This document shows, piece after piece, positions 1-9,482 of a stretch of DNA of 64,000 nucleotides. The notes under the pieces were generated by a model that did no database searches, was not told the DNA's origin, and worked only from the letters and a program-made list of their open reading frames with translations. This stretch comes from Aequorivita nionensis (GTDB taxonomy: Bacteria > Bacteroidota > Bacteroidia > Flavobacteriales > Flavobacteriaceae), in assembly GCF_046352995.1 (NCBI RefSeq), contig NZ_CP130281.1:960289-1024288 (forward strand). Reading direction: 5' to 3'. Positions within the stretch are counted from its first letter, which is position 1, and every line of letters begins with the position of its first letter. The translations under genes were made by a program, and so were the position numbers.

Positions 1-405
1 ATTTCGGCTCAAAACATTTGTACTCTTTTGCAACAAAGAACCCGTTATGAAAGTCGTTTGCAGATTCTTCATTTTCTGTTCAGTATTGCGAATGCAGACG
101 GAAGTGTTTCAACTTCCGAAGTAAATGAAATTAACAAAATTTCAGGTTTTTTAGGGGTTTACGCTCGTGATTTTGAAAGCATAAAAGCAATGTTTTTCAA
201 AAATCCGGACAGTGCATACAAAATTTTGGAAATTGAAAGAACTGCAACTATTCCAGAAATAAAAACAGCGTACCGAACCATGGTAAAAAAATACCATCCC
301 GATAAACTGCAGCATATGGATGAAGCCCATCAAAAAGGAGGTGAGGAAAAATTCAAAAAAGTGCAGGAAGCTTATGAGCAACTTCAGAAAGAACGCGGGT
401 TTTAA
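1..405 (+). CDS. DnaJ (J-domain) protein with TerB-like N-terminal region (DjlA-like co-chaperone); 5' end probably truncated by the window
   Basis: The C-terminus has a J-domain signature (YKILEI...YRTMVKKYHPDK, HPD motif). The reading frame is open back to nt 1 and the listed start is TTG. The N-terminal segment resembles a TerB fold, as does the last ORF in the window. Confidence 0.6.
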   Translation: MSAQNICTLLQQRTRYESRLQILHFLFSIANADGSVSTSEVNEINKISGFLGVYARDFESIKAMFFKNPDSAYKILEIERTATIPEIKTAYRTMVKKYHPDKLQHMDEAHQKGGEEKFKKVQEAYEQLQKERGF

Positions 406-448
406 ATAAAAATCAATATTTACTTTCCGAATTTCAATTATCATTTAA

Positions 449-463
449 TCAATGATTGATTCA
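449..463. promoter_or_regulatory. Perfect 7-1-7 inverted repeat AATCAATgATTGATT upstream of mntR; candidate operator
   Basis: Palindrome read directly in the 131-bp gap between the J-domain gene and the DtxR/MntR-family gene. It could alternatively be a weak terminator hairpin followed by a T-run. Confidence 0.25.
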
Positions 464-536
464 ATTTTTATATGTTTTTAGTCAAGGCTAAAAATAAAAA
501 ATAGGTAAATAGAAAAATATTTTTACTTTTGTACCT

Positions 537-1196
537 ATGTTTACATTAGCCGAAGAAAATTATTTAAAAGCAATTTTTCACCTTGAACATGAGTTTCACG
601 GAGAGGTAAGTACCAACGCCATTGCCGAAAGCATGGAAACAAAACCTTCTTCAGTAACTGACATGGTTCAAAAACTGGGCGAAAAAAAATTGCTTACCTA
701 CAAACGTTACAAAGGAGTTAAATTGACCGCGGAAGGCAAAAAGGTTGCTACAAATGTTATTAGAAAACACCGTTTGTGGGAAGTTTTTTTAGTTGAAAAG
801 CTAAATTTTCATTGGGATGAAGTCCACGAAATAGCGGAGCAGTTAGAGCATATTCAATCTGAAGAGCTAATAATACGTCTAGACAAATTTTTAGGAAGCC
901 CAGAATTTGATCCTCACGGTGACCCAATCCCTGACAAACACGGGGTTTTAAAACGCACAGAGAAAAAACTGCTTTCAGAAATTGACAAAAATCAAAAAGG
1001 CGTCTGCGTGGGCGTAAAAGAATCCAGCCCAGAATTTTTACAATATTTGGATAAAAAGAAAATCAGCATAGGCACCAAGATAACAGTTCTTGGGAAGGAA
1101 TTCTTTGATGGCTCAATGATAATCCAAGTTGGAAGAGAACAGTTTTTCATTTCACATAAAATAGCCGAAAACCTTTACGTTCAAACGCAAGAATAA
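537..1196 (+). CDS. mntR: DtxR/MntR-family metal-dependent transcriptional repressor with C-terminal FeoA-like domain
   Basis: N-terminal winged-HTH typical of the DtxR/MntR family (LAEENYLKAI..., metal-binding helix DEVHEIAEQLEH). Its stop lies 3 nt before the start of the Nramp transporter gene. Confidence 0.75.
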   Translation: MFTLAEENYLKAIFHLEHEFHGEVSTNAIAESMETKPSSVTDMVQKLGEKKLLTYKRYKGVKLTAEGKKVATNVIRKHRLWEVFLVEKLNFHWDEVHEIAEQLEHIQSEELIIRLDKFLGSPEFDPHGDPIPDKHGVLKRTEKKLLSEIDKNQKGVCVGVKESSPEFLQYLDKKKISIGTKITVLGKEFFDGSMIIQVGREQFFISHKIAENLYVQTQE

Positions 1197-1198
1197 CG

Positions 1199-3079
1199 AT
1201 GGATAGAAGAAGCCACAAATCATTGGAAGAAGTCCACGGAACTATTGAAACCGCTGGTAAAAAATCACCGTGGAAACGGCTCCTCGCATTTTTGGGCCCG
1301 GCTTATTTGGTGAGTGTGGGCTATATGGATCCAGGAAACTGGGCTACGGATATTGCGGGCGGAAGCCAGTTTGGCTATAAACTGATTTGGGTATTGTTGA
1401 TGAGTAATATTATGGCGCTACTGCTTCAAAGTTTATGTGCGCGTTTGGGCGTTGTCCGCGGACGGGATTTAGCACAAGCTTCCCGAGAAGCCTACAATCC
1501 ATTTGTAAATTTTGTACTTTATATTTTAGCCGAAATTGCCATTGTAGCTTGCGATTTAGCCGAAGTTATTGGGATGGCAATCGGATTGAATCTTCTTTTT
1601 GGGTTGCCGATGGTTTGGGGAGTTACTATTACGGCATTGGATACTTTTTTACTTCTTTTCCTTTTGAACAAGGGAATGCGAAAAATGGAGGTTTTTATCA
1701 TCGGTCTAATTTTTATTATTGGTGGTTCTTTTGTGGTTGAAATGTTTTTTGCAAAACCAGATATGGGCGAACTTATGGCTGGTTTTATTCCTTCGCTTCC
1801 AGATAGTACAGCGCTTTACATTGCTATCGGTATTATTGGGGCGACCGTTATGCCGCATAACCTGTATTTACATTCTTCTCTCGTACAATCCCGAAAAATT
1901 GAACGTACCAAAAAGGGAATAAAACAAGCATTGAAATTCAATTTTATAGATTCTGCCATTGCGCTCAATCTTGCTTTTTTTGTAAATGCTGCAATTTTAA
2001 TACTTGCCGCAGCAGTTTTCCATAAAAATGGAATGTTTGAAGTGGCTGAAATACAAGATGCACACGCATTATTGGAACCACTTTTAGGCTCAAGTTTGGC
2101 ACCTACTTTTTTCGCAATAGCATTGATTGCAGCTGGACAAAGCAGTACGCTTACGGGTACTCTTGCCGGACAAATTGTGATGGAAGGGCATTTAAATTTG
2201 CGTATCCAGCCTTGGGTCCGAAGATTAATCACACGTATGCTCGCCATTGTTCCAGCCCTTTTTACAGTTATTTATTTCGGGGAAAGTGGCACCGGAAAAT
2301 TGCTTGTTTTAAGTCAAGTAGTATTGAGTCTTCAACTTGGTTTTGCAATAATCCCGCTTATTCATTTTGTGAGCAGCAAAAAACTGATGAACGGTTTTGA
2401 AATTAAATGGCCTTTAAGAATCGCCTCATGGCTAATAACAATAATAATTGTTGGGCTTAACGCAAAATTGGTTTATGATGAAATAACTGGCTGGTTAACT
2501 ACTGCTGAAAACCCAATCTACATTTGGACTTTGGTAATTCCAGCAGCAATCGGGGCGGCAGTTTTACTGATTTACATAACTTTCAAAACTACTGTAAAGG
2601 ATATTAAATTAGAAAAACGAAAAATGGTTCCGCATATACTGGATGCCAAAGTAGATGAGCTTGCGCAACCGCTTTCCTATAAAAAAATTGCTATTCCTGT
2701 AGATTTTTCAACTTCGGATGAAAAGAGTATTTCAGCAGCATTGCAACTTGGTGGAAAAGATGCCGAATACACCTTAATTCATATTGTAGAAACACCCGGA
2801 GCTATGATTTATGGTGATGAAATTGACGATTATGAAACTGAAAGCGACGAGGCATTTCTGAATAAGTATAAAGAAAAATTAGATGCAAAAGGCTTTAAAG
2901 TTTCGGTTGAATTAGGATTTGGTTCTCCAAAGAAGATAATTCCAAAAATCGTGAATGCAGCTGATTTTGATTTGTTAGTTTTGGGCGGTCATGGACATTC
3001 AGGCTTAAAAGATTTATTGTTCGGAACTACTGTTGACAGCGTTCGTCATAGAGTGAATATTCCCGTATTTATTGTTTAA
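1199..3079 (+). CDS. mntH: Nramp-family divalent metal (Mn2+/Fe2+) transporter MntH fused to a C-terminal universal stress protein (UspA) domain
   Basis: Nramp signature DPGNWATDIAGG and roughly 11 TM segments in residues 1-440. The C-terminal ~150 aa form a Usp-like alpha/beta domain (IAIPVDFSTSDEKS...LLVLGGHGHSGLKDLLFGTTVDSVRHRVNIPVFIV). Confidence 0.85.
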   Translation: MDRRSHKSLEEVHGTIETAGKKSPWKRLLAFLGPAYLVSVGYMDPGNWATDIAGGSQFGYKLIWVLLMSNIMALLLQSLCARLGVVRGRDLAQASREAYNPFVNFVLYILAEIAIVACDLAEVIGMAIGLNLLFGLPMVWGVTITALDTFLLLFLLNKGMRKMEVFIIGLIFIIGGSFVVEMFFAKPDMGELMAGFIPSLPDSTALYIAIGIIGATVMPHNLYLHSSLVQSRKIERTKKGIKQALKFNFIDSAIALNLAFFVNAAILILAAAVFHKNGMFEVAEIQDAHALLEPLLGSSLAPTFFAIALIAAGQSSTLTGTLAGQIVMEGHLNLRIQPWVRRLITRMLAIVPALFTVIYFGESGTGKLLVLSQVVLSLQLGFAIIPLIHFVSSKKLMNGFEIKWPLRIASWLITIIIVGLNAKLVYDEITGWLTTAENPIYIWTLVIPAAIGAAVLLIYITFKTTVKDIKLEKRKMVPHILDAKVDELAQPLSYKKIAIPVDFSTSDEKSISAALQLGGKDAEYTLIHIVETPGAMIYGDEIDDYETESDEAFLNKYKEKLDAKGFKVSVELGFGSPKKIIPKIVNAADFDLLVLGGHGHSGLKDLLFGTTVDSVRHRVNIPVFIV

Positions 3080-3177
3080 AAACATATTAAAATTAACACC
3101 GTAAAAAAGGTTTTTGCTTTACCATTTTTTTTGGCACTATTTTTTAATGTATCTTTAAAATTGAAAAAAAACTTACA

Positions 3178-3594
3178 ATGAAAAATTCACTTTTAGCAAT
3201 CATCATTCTTTTTTCAACCTTTGCTTTTGGGCAGGAAGATTCCGCAGAAACCCCTAAAATAGGTGTGAAAATACCAATTGGAAAAGCAATAGTATTGAAA
3301 GGTGTTTCCATAAAATTTTTGGAAGTTGTGGAAGACTCACGCTGCCCAACTGGTGTTCAATGTATCTGGGCAGGACGTGCTATAGTAAAAGTTGCTGTAA
3401 CTTCAGATGGAAATACTGAAGAAAGACTTATGATTTTTGGTGAAGTAAGACGCGGAGAGGAAAAAAACACAAACCTTTATAGTTCCGCTAATTTTTCCAT
3501 CAATGGATTGTCCTTAAAGCCTTATCCCACATCAGATAGTGCGGGCAAAATAAACAATTATGTTTTATTGGTTTGTGAAGATAAAAACAACTAA
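3178..3594 (+). CDS. Small secreted hypothetical protein (signal peptide, CPTGVQC pair)
   Basis: N-terminal signal peptide MKNSLLAIIILFSTFAFGQ and no recognisable domain. The gene converges on, and abuts, the minus-strand small peptide gene. Confidence 0.45.
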   Translation: MKNSLLAIIILFSTFAFGQEDSAETPKIGVKIPIGKAIVLKGVSIKFLEVVEDSRCPTGVQCIWAGRAIVKVAVTSDGNTEERLMIFGEVRRGEEKNTNLYSSANFSINGLSLKPYPTSDSAGKINNYVLLVCEDKNN

Positions 3595-3753
3595 CTAGTG
3601 GCAACCACAATCCTTTCTGCCACATTTTGTTTTACCACCATCCAGCGTGCTGCTTGAATTTTGACGTGCTTCAAAAATAGGGTTCCAAACAAACTTTTTA
3701 ATTAAAAAGCCCGCTGCAATAGAAAATGTTATTAAAACTAATATTGTTTGCAT
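3595..3753 (-). CDS. Small (52 aa) membrane peptide with Cys-rich C-terminal tail, FeoB-associated Cys-rich membrane protein-like (copy 1)
   Basis: Not in the supplied track (<60 aa). Hand translation of the minus strand gives MQTILVLITFSIAAGFLIKKFVWNPIFEARQNSSSTLDGGKTKCGRKDCGCH*. It has one TM helix and a C-x-x-x-x-C-x-C-H tail, and lies downstream of feoB on the same strand. Confidence 0.45.
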   Translation of the reverse strand: MQTILVLITFSIAAGFLIKKFVWNPIFEARQNSSSTLDGGKTKCGRKDCGCH

Positions 3754-3835
3754 TGTGCAAAGATACCCCAAAGAAAATCAAGTTACAAATATTGCATTTC
3801 AGAAAAAAGGGTGACATGCTCCCAGTTTCATTACA

Positions 3836-3979
3836 TTAATGAAAACTACATTTGCTGCAGTCAGAATGATCTCCGGGTTTACTTCTTTTCTTTTCTGTTT
3901 GGAAGGGATTCCAAACAAACCTAGTTATAAGAAAGTACACTGCAAATAAGAATGTTATTAAGACAAGAAAAGTTTGCAT
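3836..3979 (-). CDS. Small (47 aa) membrane peptide with Cys-rich C-terminal tail, FeoB-associated Cys-rich membrane protein-like (copy 2)
   Basis: Hand translation gives MQTFLVLITFLFAVYFLITRFVWNPFQTEKKRSKPGDHSDCSKCSFH*. It starts 18 nt after the feoB stop and is a paralog of copy 1 (shared MQT-LVLITF...FVWNP and a Cys/His tail). Confidence 0.45.
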   Translation of the reverse strand: MQTFLVLITFLFAVYFLITRFVWNPFQTEKKRSKPGDHSDCSKCSFH

Positions 3980-3997
3980 ATCGATAAAAATTTTATT

Positions 3998-6097
3998 CTA
4001 TTTCAAAAATTGATAGGCAGCCAAAGCAACTACATAGGCAATCGCGCTCATCACGACCAACTGCCACATAGGCCATTTCCAACTATTTGTTTCTTTTTTA
4101 ACAATTGCTAGCGTACTCATACACTGCATTGCAAAAGCGTAAAAAAGCAATAGCGAAACCCCGCTCGCAAAATTAAAGAGCGGTCCTCCTAAAATAGGAT
4201 TTATCTCTGCCGCCATTCGGCTTTTTATGGTTTGTTCATCTTCGCTGCCAACGCTATAAATTGTTGCGAGGGTTCCTACAAATACTTCGCGTGCGGCAAA
4301 GGAGCTTACTAGAGCAATGCCTATTTTCCAGTCGTAGCCTAAAGGACTTACGGCAGGCTCTATGGCGTGGCCAATGTGACCAATGTATGAATGTTCCAGT
4401 TTATAGGAATCTATGTGCATCTCAATATCTTCTTCGGAAAGGTTTTGTGAAGCGTATTCCTTCTGAATAATTTCTTCTGCATTATTAAAATCACCAGGGC
4501 CATAAGATGCCAAAACCCAAAGAATAACAGAAATTGCGAGTATTATTTTTCCCGCACCAAAAACGAAAGCTTTTGTTTTTTCAACTACAGTAATCAATAC
4601 GTTTTTTGGAAGTGGAAGTTTGTAATTGGGCATTTCGACCACAAAAAAACTTTTGGAACGTATTTTAAGTATTTTATCCAACAGGTAGGCCGAAAAAATA
4701 GCCGCACCAAAGCCCAATATGTACATAAACATGAGCGTGAGGCCCTGCAAACTAAAAATACCGAGCACGCGCGTGTCGGGAATTACCAATGAAATAATTA
4801 TCAAATAAACTGGCAAACGCGCCGAACAGGTTGTAAAAGGCGTTACCAAAATTGTGATTAAACGCTCTTTCCAGTTTTCAATATTACGGGTCGCCATAAT
4901 TGCGGGAATGGCGCAGGCTGTTCCTGCTACCAAGGGCACAACGCTTTTTCCGCTGAGCCCAAAACGGCGCATAATACGGTCCATCAAAAACACTACCCGG
5001 CTCATATAGCCCGTTTCTTCCAAAATTGAAATAAAAAGAAAAAGAAAGGCAATCTGAGGAATGAAAATTACGATTCCGCCAAGCCCCGGAATAATTCCTT
5101 CGGCAATCAAATTCGTAAAATCTCCTACTGGAAGTGATGTTTTGGCCCATTCGCTGAGGGAAGCAAAAGTGCTATCAATAAAATCCATTGGGTAACTGCT
5201 CCAGTCAAAAATTGCCTGAAAAATTAAAAGTAGAATTGCGAAGAAAATCACATATCCCCAGATTTTATGGGTTAAAACACGATCCAAACGGCTTCTTAAA
5301 TCCTTTGCATTTGCAGTATCTATATGAAGTGTTTCCTTTAAAGTTTCATTGATAAATTGATAACGAGCTACGGTTTCCTTTTGCTGAAGCCGTTTAAGAT
5401 TGCTCACAGATTCAGTTTGAAAGGAAGCCACACCCTTCAACTCGTTTCTGTCCAATTTTCCGAAGTTTACATCTTGCGTTATCACTAGCCAAAGCTTGTA
5501 AAGATCTTGGTTTGGGAATGCTTTTCGCAAGCGGTCAAAATACTCTGGTGAAATGCCAGAGGCATTCAAGCTTGGTTTTGTGGAAAGGTGCTTATAATCT
5601 TCAATCAATTCCTTTAAATAATCAAAGCCCAAGTTTTTCCGCGAACTGATTAGGGCAATTTTTGTATTTAACTTTTCTTCAAGCAAAGGAACGTTCAGTG
5701 AAATTGCTTTGCGTTTCATCCTATCGGACATATTTATAGCGAGAATTGTGGGAATTCCCAAATCCTTTATTTGTGTGAAAAGCAAGAGGTTTCGCTTCAG
5801 ATTTTCAATATCGGCAACTACAATGGCTACATCGGGAAAATCTTTGTCGTTTTTATTCAGAAGTAGTTCAATAACAACATTTTCATCAACTGAGGAGGCG
5901 TTCAAACTATAGGTTCCGGGTAAATCCAGGACGTGAACTTTGCAGGCTCTGCCAAACTTGCAGGTGCCTTGTTTCTTTTCAACAGTAATTCCAGGATAGT
6001 TTCCCACTTTTTGGTTCAGTCCCGTAAGCCGGTTAAATACAGAGGTCTTTCCGGTATTTGGGTTTCCAATAAGTGCAACATTTATGTGTTTTGCCAT
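3998..6097 (-). CDS. feoB: Ferrous iron transporter FeoB (N-terminal G-protein domain plus polytopic membrane domain)
   Basis: G1 motif GNPNTGKTS, G-domain and GDI-like region, then about 8 TM helices; 699 aa, typical FeoB length. Confidence 0.95.
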   Translation of the reverse strand: MAKHINVALIGNPNTGKTSVFNRLTGLNQKVGNYPGITVEKKQGTCKFGRACKVHVLDLPGTYSLNASSVDENVVIELLLNKNDKDFPDVAIVVADIENLKRNLLLFTQIKDLGIPTILAINMSDRMKRKAISLNVPLLEEKLNTKIALISSRKNLGFDYLKELIEDYKHLSTKPSLNASGISPEYFDRLRKAFPNQDLYKLWLVITQDVNFGKLDRNELKGVASFQTESVSNLKRLQQKETVARYQFINETLKETLHIDTANAKDLRSRLDRVLTHKIWGYVIFFAILLLIFQAIFDWSSYPMDFIDSTFASLSEWAKTSLPVGDFTNLIAEGIIPGLGGIVIFIPQIAFLFLFISILEETGYMSRVVFLMDRIMRRFGLSGKSVVPLVAGTACAIPAIMATRNIENWKERLITILVTPFTTCSARLPVYLIIISLVIPDTRVLGIFSLQGLTLMFMYILGFGAAIFSAYLLDKILKIRSKSFFVVEMPNYKLPLPKNVLITVVEKTKAFVFGAGKIILAISVILWVLASYGPGDFNNAEEIIQKEYASQNLSEEDIEMHIDSYKLEHSYIGHIGHAIEPAVSPLGYDWKIGIALVSSFAAREVFVGTLATIYSVGSEDEQTIKSRMAAEINPILGGPLFNFASGVSLLLFYAFAMQCMSTLAIVKKETNSWKWPMWQLVVMSAIAYVVALAAYQFLK

Positions 6098-6160
6098 ATT
6101 TCGACTTTAATTTATCCTGAGCCTGTAGAACGACTTAAAAACCAGCGGATATATTAAAAA

Positions 6161-6385
6161 TTATATCAATTCAATTTCTATCAAACAAGCGGTTGCCTTC
6201 CGAATGGCAAGGTGACTGCCATTGATGTTTAAATACAAGGGATCATTGAATGGAGCTATTTGCACCAAAGAAACCTCATTACCCGGAAGACAGCCCATCT
6301 CCAAAAGTTTTAGGGGCACAACATCTACCGAAAATTCTTTGATAATACCGCGCTGCCCTTTTTTTAATGAAGCGATTGTAACCAT
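6161..6385 (-). CDS. feoA: FeoA family protein
   Basis: 74-aa SH3-like FeoA (LKKGQRGIIKEF...GCLPGNEVSLVQIAPFNDP) immediately upstream of feoB on the same strand. Confidence 0.85.
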   Translation of the reverse strand: MVTIASLKKGQRGIIKEFSVDVVPLKLLEMGCLPGNEVSLVQIAPFNDPLYLNINGSHLAIRKATACLIEIELI

Positions 6386-6411
6386 CTTTTATTTAGATTG
6401 ATTTTAAACAA

Positions 6412-6419
6412 GGCAAAAG
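6412..6419 (-). promoter_or_regulatory. Candidate Bacteroidetes -7 promoter box TACTTTTG for feoAB (minus strand)
   Basis: The reverse complement of plus-strand caaaagta matches the TAnnTTTG consensus about 26 nt upstream of the feoA ATG. Confidence 0.3.
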
Positions 6420-6423
6420 TAAA

Positions 6424-6462
6424 GGAAAAAAAGGACGTGGGGAAAGTCCTTTTGGGATTTTT
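6424..6462 (-). terminator. Rho-independent terminator downstream of the SCO1/SenC gene (minus strand)
   Basis: Hairpin AAGGAC...GTCCTT with a flanking A-run on the plus strand, which reads as a T-run on the minus strand. Confidence 0.5.
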
Positions 6463-6496
6463 TGTTGGTGAAAAAGAATTATGATTACAAAAGCTA

Positions 6497-7159
6497 TTAT
6501 TCTTTTTTTAGAATTTTGATATCTTCCAACAGCTTTTCAATAGATTCAGAATCGGTGCCGTCATAAAAACCGCGAATTCGCTTCTTTTTATCAACAAGCA
6601 CAAAGTTTTCGGTGTGAACTAGATCGTTGTCAGAATATGGAACATCTTTGGCCACGAGATAGGATTTTCTTGCTAGATTGTAAATTTCTTTTTTATCGCC
6701 AGTCACCAAGTTCCATTTTGAATCGTTCACCCCTTTTTCCAATGCATATTTTTTAAGCTGGGCTACGGAATCAATTTCAGGAGTTACGGTATGCGAAAGC
6801 AATAAAATTTCATTATCATTTTTAAGTTTTTCCTGTATTTTCACCATATTATCTGTCATTATCGGACAAATGGTTTGGCAGGTTGTGAAGAAGAAATCTG
6901 CCACATAGATTTTATCATTATAATCTTCTTGCGTTATTTTCTTCCCGTTTTGGTTGGTCAAGCTAAAATCTGAGATGACGTGATATTTTTTCACATATTG
7001 AAGTGTGGTATCCACCAATTCAGCTGAAACATCTGCGGGCTGGTAGACTTTCAATGTCTTTTTGGGTATCATTATTTGGTAAAATACCGTAATTATTATA
7101 ATGGAAAGGATAAGAAAGAAAATTGCAAAGAATTTATATTTCTTGAAAAAAGTAAGCAT
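6497..7159 (-). CDS. SCO1/SenC-family thioredoxin-fold copper chaperone
   Basis: N-terminal TM anchor, then the CxxxCP motif (FFFTTCQTICP) characteristic of SCO1/SenC. Confidence 0.8.
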   Translation of the reverse strand: MLTFFKKYKFFAIFFLILSIIIITVFYQIMIPKKTLKVYQPADVSAELVDTTLQYVKKYHVISDFSLTNQNGKKITQEDYNDKIYVADFFFTTCQTICPIMTDNMVKIQEKLKNDNEILLLSHTVTPEIDSVAQLKKYALEKGVNDSKWNLVTGDKKEIYNLARKSYLVAKDVPYSDNDLVHTENFVLVDKKKRIRGFYDGTDSESIEKLLEDIKILKKE

Positions 7160-7342
7160 CGCGTTAAATTTTAGACTGAAAGAACATATTTGGGCGCAAA
7201 AATAAGTCCTAATAATATCAAAATGAATACATTTAACATCCTAATTTCACGTTGAAATTAACCCGTTGGTTTCTCCTGTCTTCGCCTTCAGAAATCGTTC
7301 CGTTGATTTTGGCAAAACAATAATTAAAAAAGACATTACACA

Positions 7343-9274
7343 ATGAAAGCATTAGTACTCCCCTGCTTATTTTTAATCTCCCTTTTTTCCTTTTCGCAAA
7401 GTTTTAGAACTGATGACATCAGTGAGGCCGAAGCCAAAGCCGCAACTGGTATGTTTACTACCCAACGCAATATGAATACTGGCAATTATGACTTAAAATA
7501 TGCCCGGTTGGAATTGAACGTTGATCCAACCCAAGCATTTATTAGCGGAAAGGTCACTTCACATTTTGAAGCGAAAGAAAACATGAATTCGGTTACATTT
7601 GAACTTGTGAACAACATGACCGTTTCTTCAGTAACCCAGCGCGGCACACCGCTTTCTTTCACACAAAACAATAATGATGAAGTTGTAATCACACTGCCCC
7701 AAATGCAAAACCAGGGTGTTTTAGATTCAATTTCCATCAGTTATTCCGGAAACCCTATAAGTTCTGGGTTTGGTTCTTTTGAAATAGACACCCACAATGG
7801 CGATCCCGTGATGTGGACACTTTCAGAGCCTTTTGGCGCTAAAGCTTGGTGGCCTTGCAAACAAGATTTGATAGATAAAATTGATTTATTGGATGTTTAT
7901 ATTACCACACCCCGTTTCAATCCTTCCAATGAAGAATATGTTGCAGTTTCCAATGGTTTAGAATTGAGCCAAACAATAAACGGTAGTAACAAAACAACCC
8001 ATTACAGACACCAACACCCCATTCCTGCCTATTTGGTTGCGATTGCCGTTACAAATTATACCGTTTACTCTCATACCGTAGATAACAACGGAAACCCTTT
8101 TGAAATCATAAACTACATTTATCCCGAAGATCTTAGCTATGCTCAACAACGAACCCCGGTTACAGTTGATATAATAAATTTATACGCCGATCTTTTTGAA
8201 CCCTATCCGTATGCAGATGAAAAATATGGTCACGCCCAATTTGGTTGGGGAGGTGGTATGGAACACACCACGGTTTCGTTTATGGGTGGGCTAAGCCGGG
8301 GACTTATTGCGCATGAACTTGGCCACCAATGGTTCGGTGATAAAGTTACCTGCGGGAGCTGGCAAGACGTTTGGCTTAACGAAGGTTTTGCCACCTATTT
8401 AGCTGGAACGATAATTGAGAATTTTGATTCAGCTTCAGATTTTAGAATTTATAAACAGGACAAGATATCTTCAATCACCCAAGAACCCGATGGATCCGTT
8501 TATGTTCCAGCGCAGGACACAATCTCTGTTAATAGAGTTTTCAGCAGTAGGCTTAGTTATAACAAAGGCTCTATGGTGTTGCATATGCTTCGCAAGAAAT
8601 TGGGTGATGCTGTTTTCTTTCAGGGTTTAAAAGATTATTTGGCAGATCCGGCACTCTCTTACGGCTATGCAAAAACCCCAGACCTCATCAGAAATATGGA
8701 AAACGCTAGTGGCCAAGACCTCTCAGAATTTTTTAACGATTGGATTTATGGGGAAGGATACCCACGTTTTACCATTCGATGGAACCAAGCCAGTGCGGGA
8801 AGCCTTAATGTGAAAATTAACCAGACCCAAAGCCATCCTTCGGTATCTTATTTTGATGTGCCAGTTCCATTAAGACTTCACGGAACACAGGGTGAAACAC
8901 TGGACATCGTTTTGGACAATACTTTTGATGGGCAGATTTTTCAACCTTCAGTCCCTTTTACCGTAAACGGCGTTCAGTTTGATCCAGAATACGATATTAT
9001 TTCCAAAAACAACCAAGTACTTTTGGGCACAGACGACTTGGCATTTGATCAGCAACTGGTTTTATATCCAAATCCAACCACGGGCTTTATCAATCTTCAC
9101 AAACCAGATGCACTGCAAGTGAACCAAGTTCGTATTTATAATACTTTGGGGCAAATGCTTTATTCTGAGGCCTATTCAGAAACGGTTGATGTTTCAATGT
9201 TTTCGAAAGGTATTTTGTTCTTTCAAATGGAAACTGCAAAAGGAGTTATCAACAAAACAATTGTGAAAGAATAG
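7343..9274 (+). CDS. M1-family zinc aminopeptidase (aminopeptidase N-like) with T9SS C-terminal sorting domain
   Basis: GGMEH (GxMEN-type) motif and HELGHQWFG...WLNEGFATY zinc-binding motifs, a signal peptide, and a C-terminal ~80 aa Por/T9SS sorting domain (LVLYPNPTTGFINL...). Confidence 0.85.
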   Translation: MKALVLPCLFLISLFSFSQSFRTDDISEAEAKAATGMFTTQRNMNTGNYDLKYARLELNVDPTQAFISGKVTSHFEAKENMNSVTFELVNNMTVSSVTQRGTPLSFTQNNNDEVVITLPQMQNQGVLDSISISYSGNPISSGFGSFEIDTHNGDPVMWTLSEPFGAKAWWPCKQDLIDKIDLLDVYITTPRFNPSNEEYVAVSNGLELSQTINGSNKTTHYRHQHPIPAYLVAIAVTNYTVYSHTVDNNGNPFEIINYIYPEDLSYAQQRTPVTVDIINLYADLFEPYPYADEKYGHAQFGWGGGMEHTTVSFMGGLSRGLIAHELGHQWFGDKVTCGSWQDVWLNEGFATYLAGTIIENFDSASDFRIYKQDKISSITQEPDGSVYVPAQDTISVNRVFSSRLSYNKGSMVLHMLRKKLGDAVFFQGLKDYLADPALSYGYAKTPDLIRNMENASGQDLSEFFNDWIYGEGYPRFTIRWNQASAGSLNVKINQTQSHPSVSYFDVPVPLRLHGTQGETLDIVLDNTFDGQIFQPSVPFTVNGVQFDPEYDIISKNNQVLLGTDDLAFDQQLVLYPNPTTGFINLHKPDALQVNQVRIYNTLGQMLYSEAYSETVDVSMFSKGILFFQMETAKGVINKTIVKE

Positions 9275-9315
9275 ATTTAAAATACTAATAAATCTATTTC
9301 AAAATAAATAATAAT

Positions 9316-9344
9316 AAGCGGGAACACACCCGCTTATTTTTTTT
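9316..9344 (+). terminator. Rho-independent terminator after the M1 peptidase gene
   Basis: AAGCGGGAACACACCCGCTT hairpin followed by a T9 run. Confidence 0.7.
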
Positions 9345-9482
9345 GCAAGCTCTAAAAGGTTACTTTTGTGCGATTTTTGCTTAAAACCGACATATTGGCA
9401 AGCATTTTCATTTTAGGCTCGATTTTGGTAACGAGTGTTTAAAAAATTGAGACTTTTTATTAAAAAATCTATTTAAGAAACT

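Noticed and set aside
1435-2400. Several 60-140 aa ORFs on both strands inside the mntH coding region (1435..1740, 1519..1701, 1719..1922, 1816..2247, 2212..2400)
   Set aside because: They lie entirely within and out of frame or antisense to a well-supported 626-aa Nramp gene, and their composition is low-complexity. Typical shadow ORFs.
3660-3990. Apparent imperfect direct repeat of roughly 85 bp between the lipoprotein gene and feoB
   Set aside because: It is not a non-coding repeat. It resolves into the two paralogous micro-ORFs on the minus strand, reported as features at 3595-3753 and 3836-3979.
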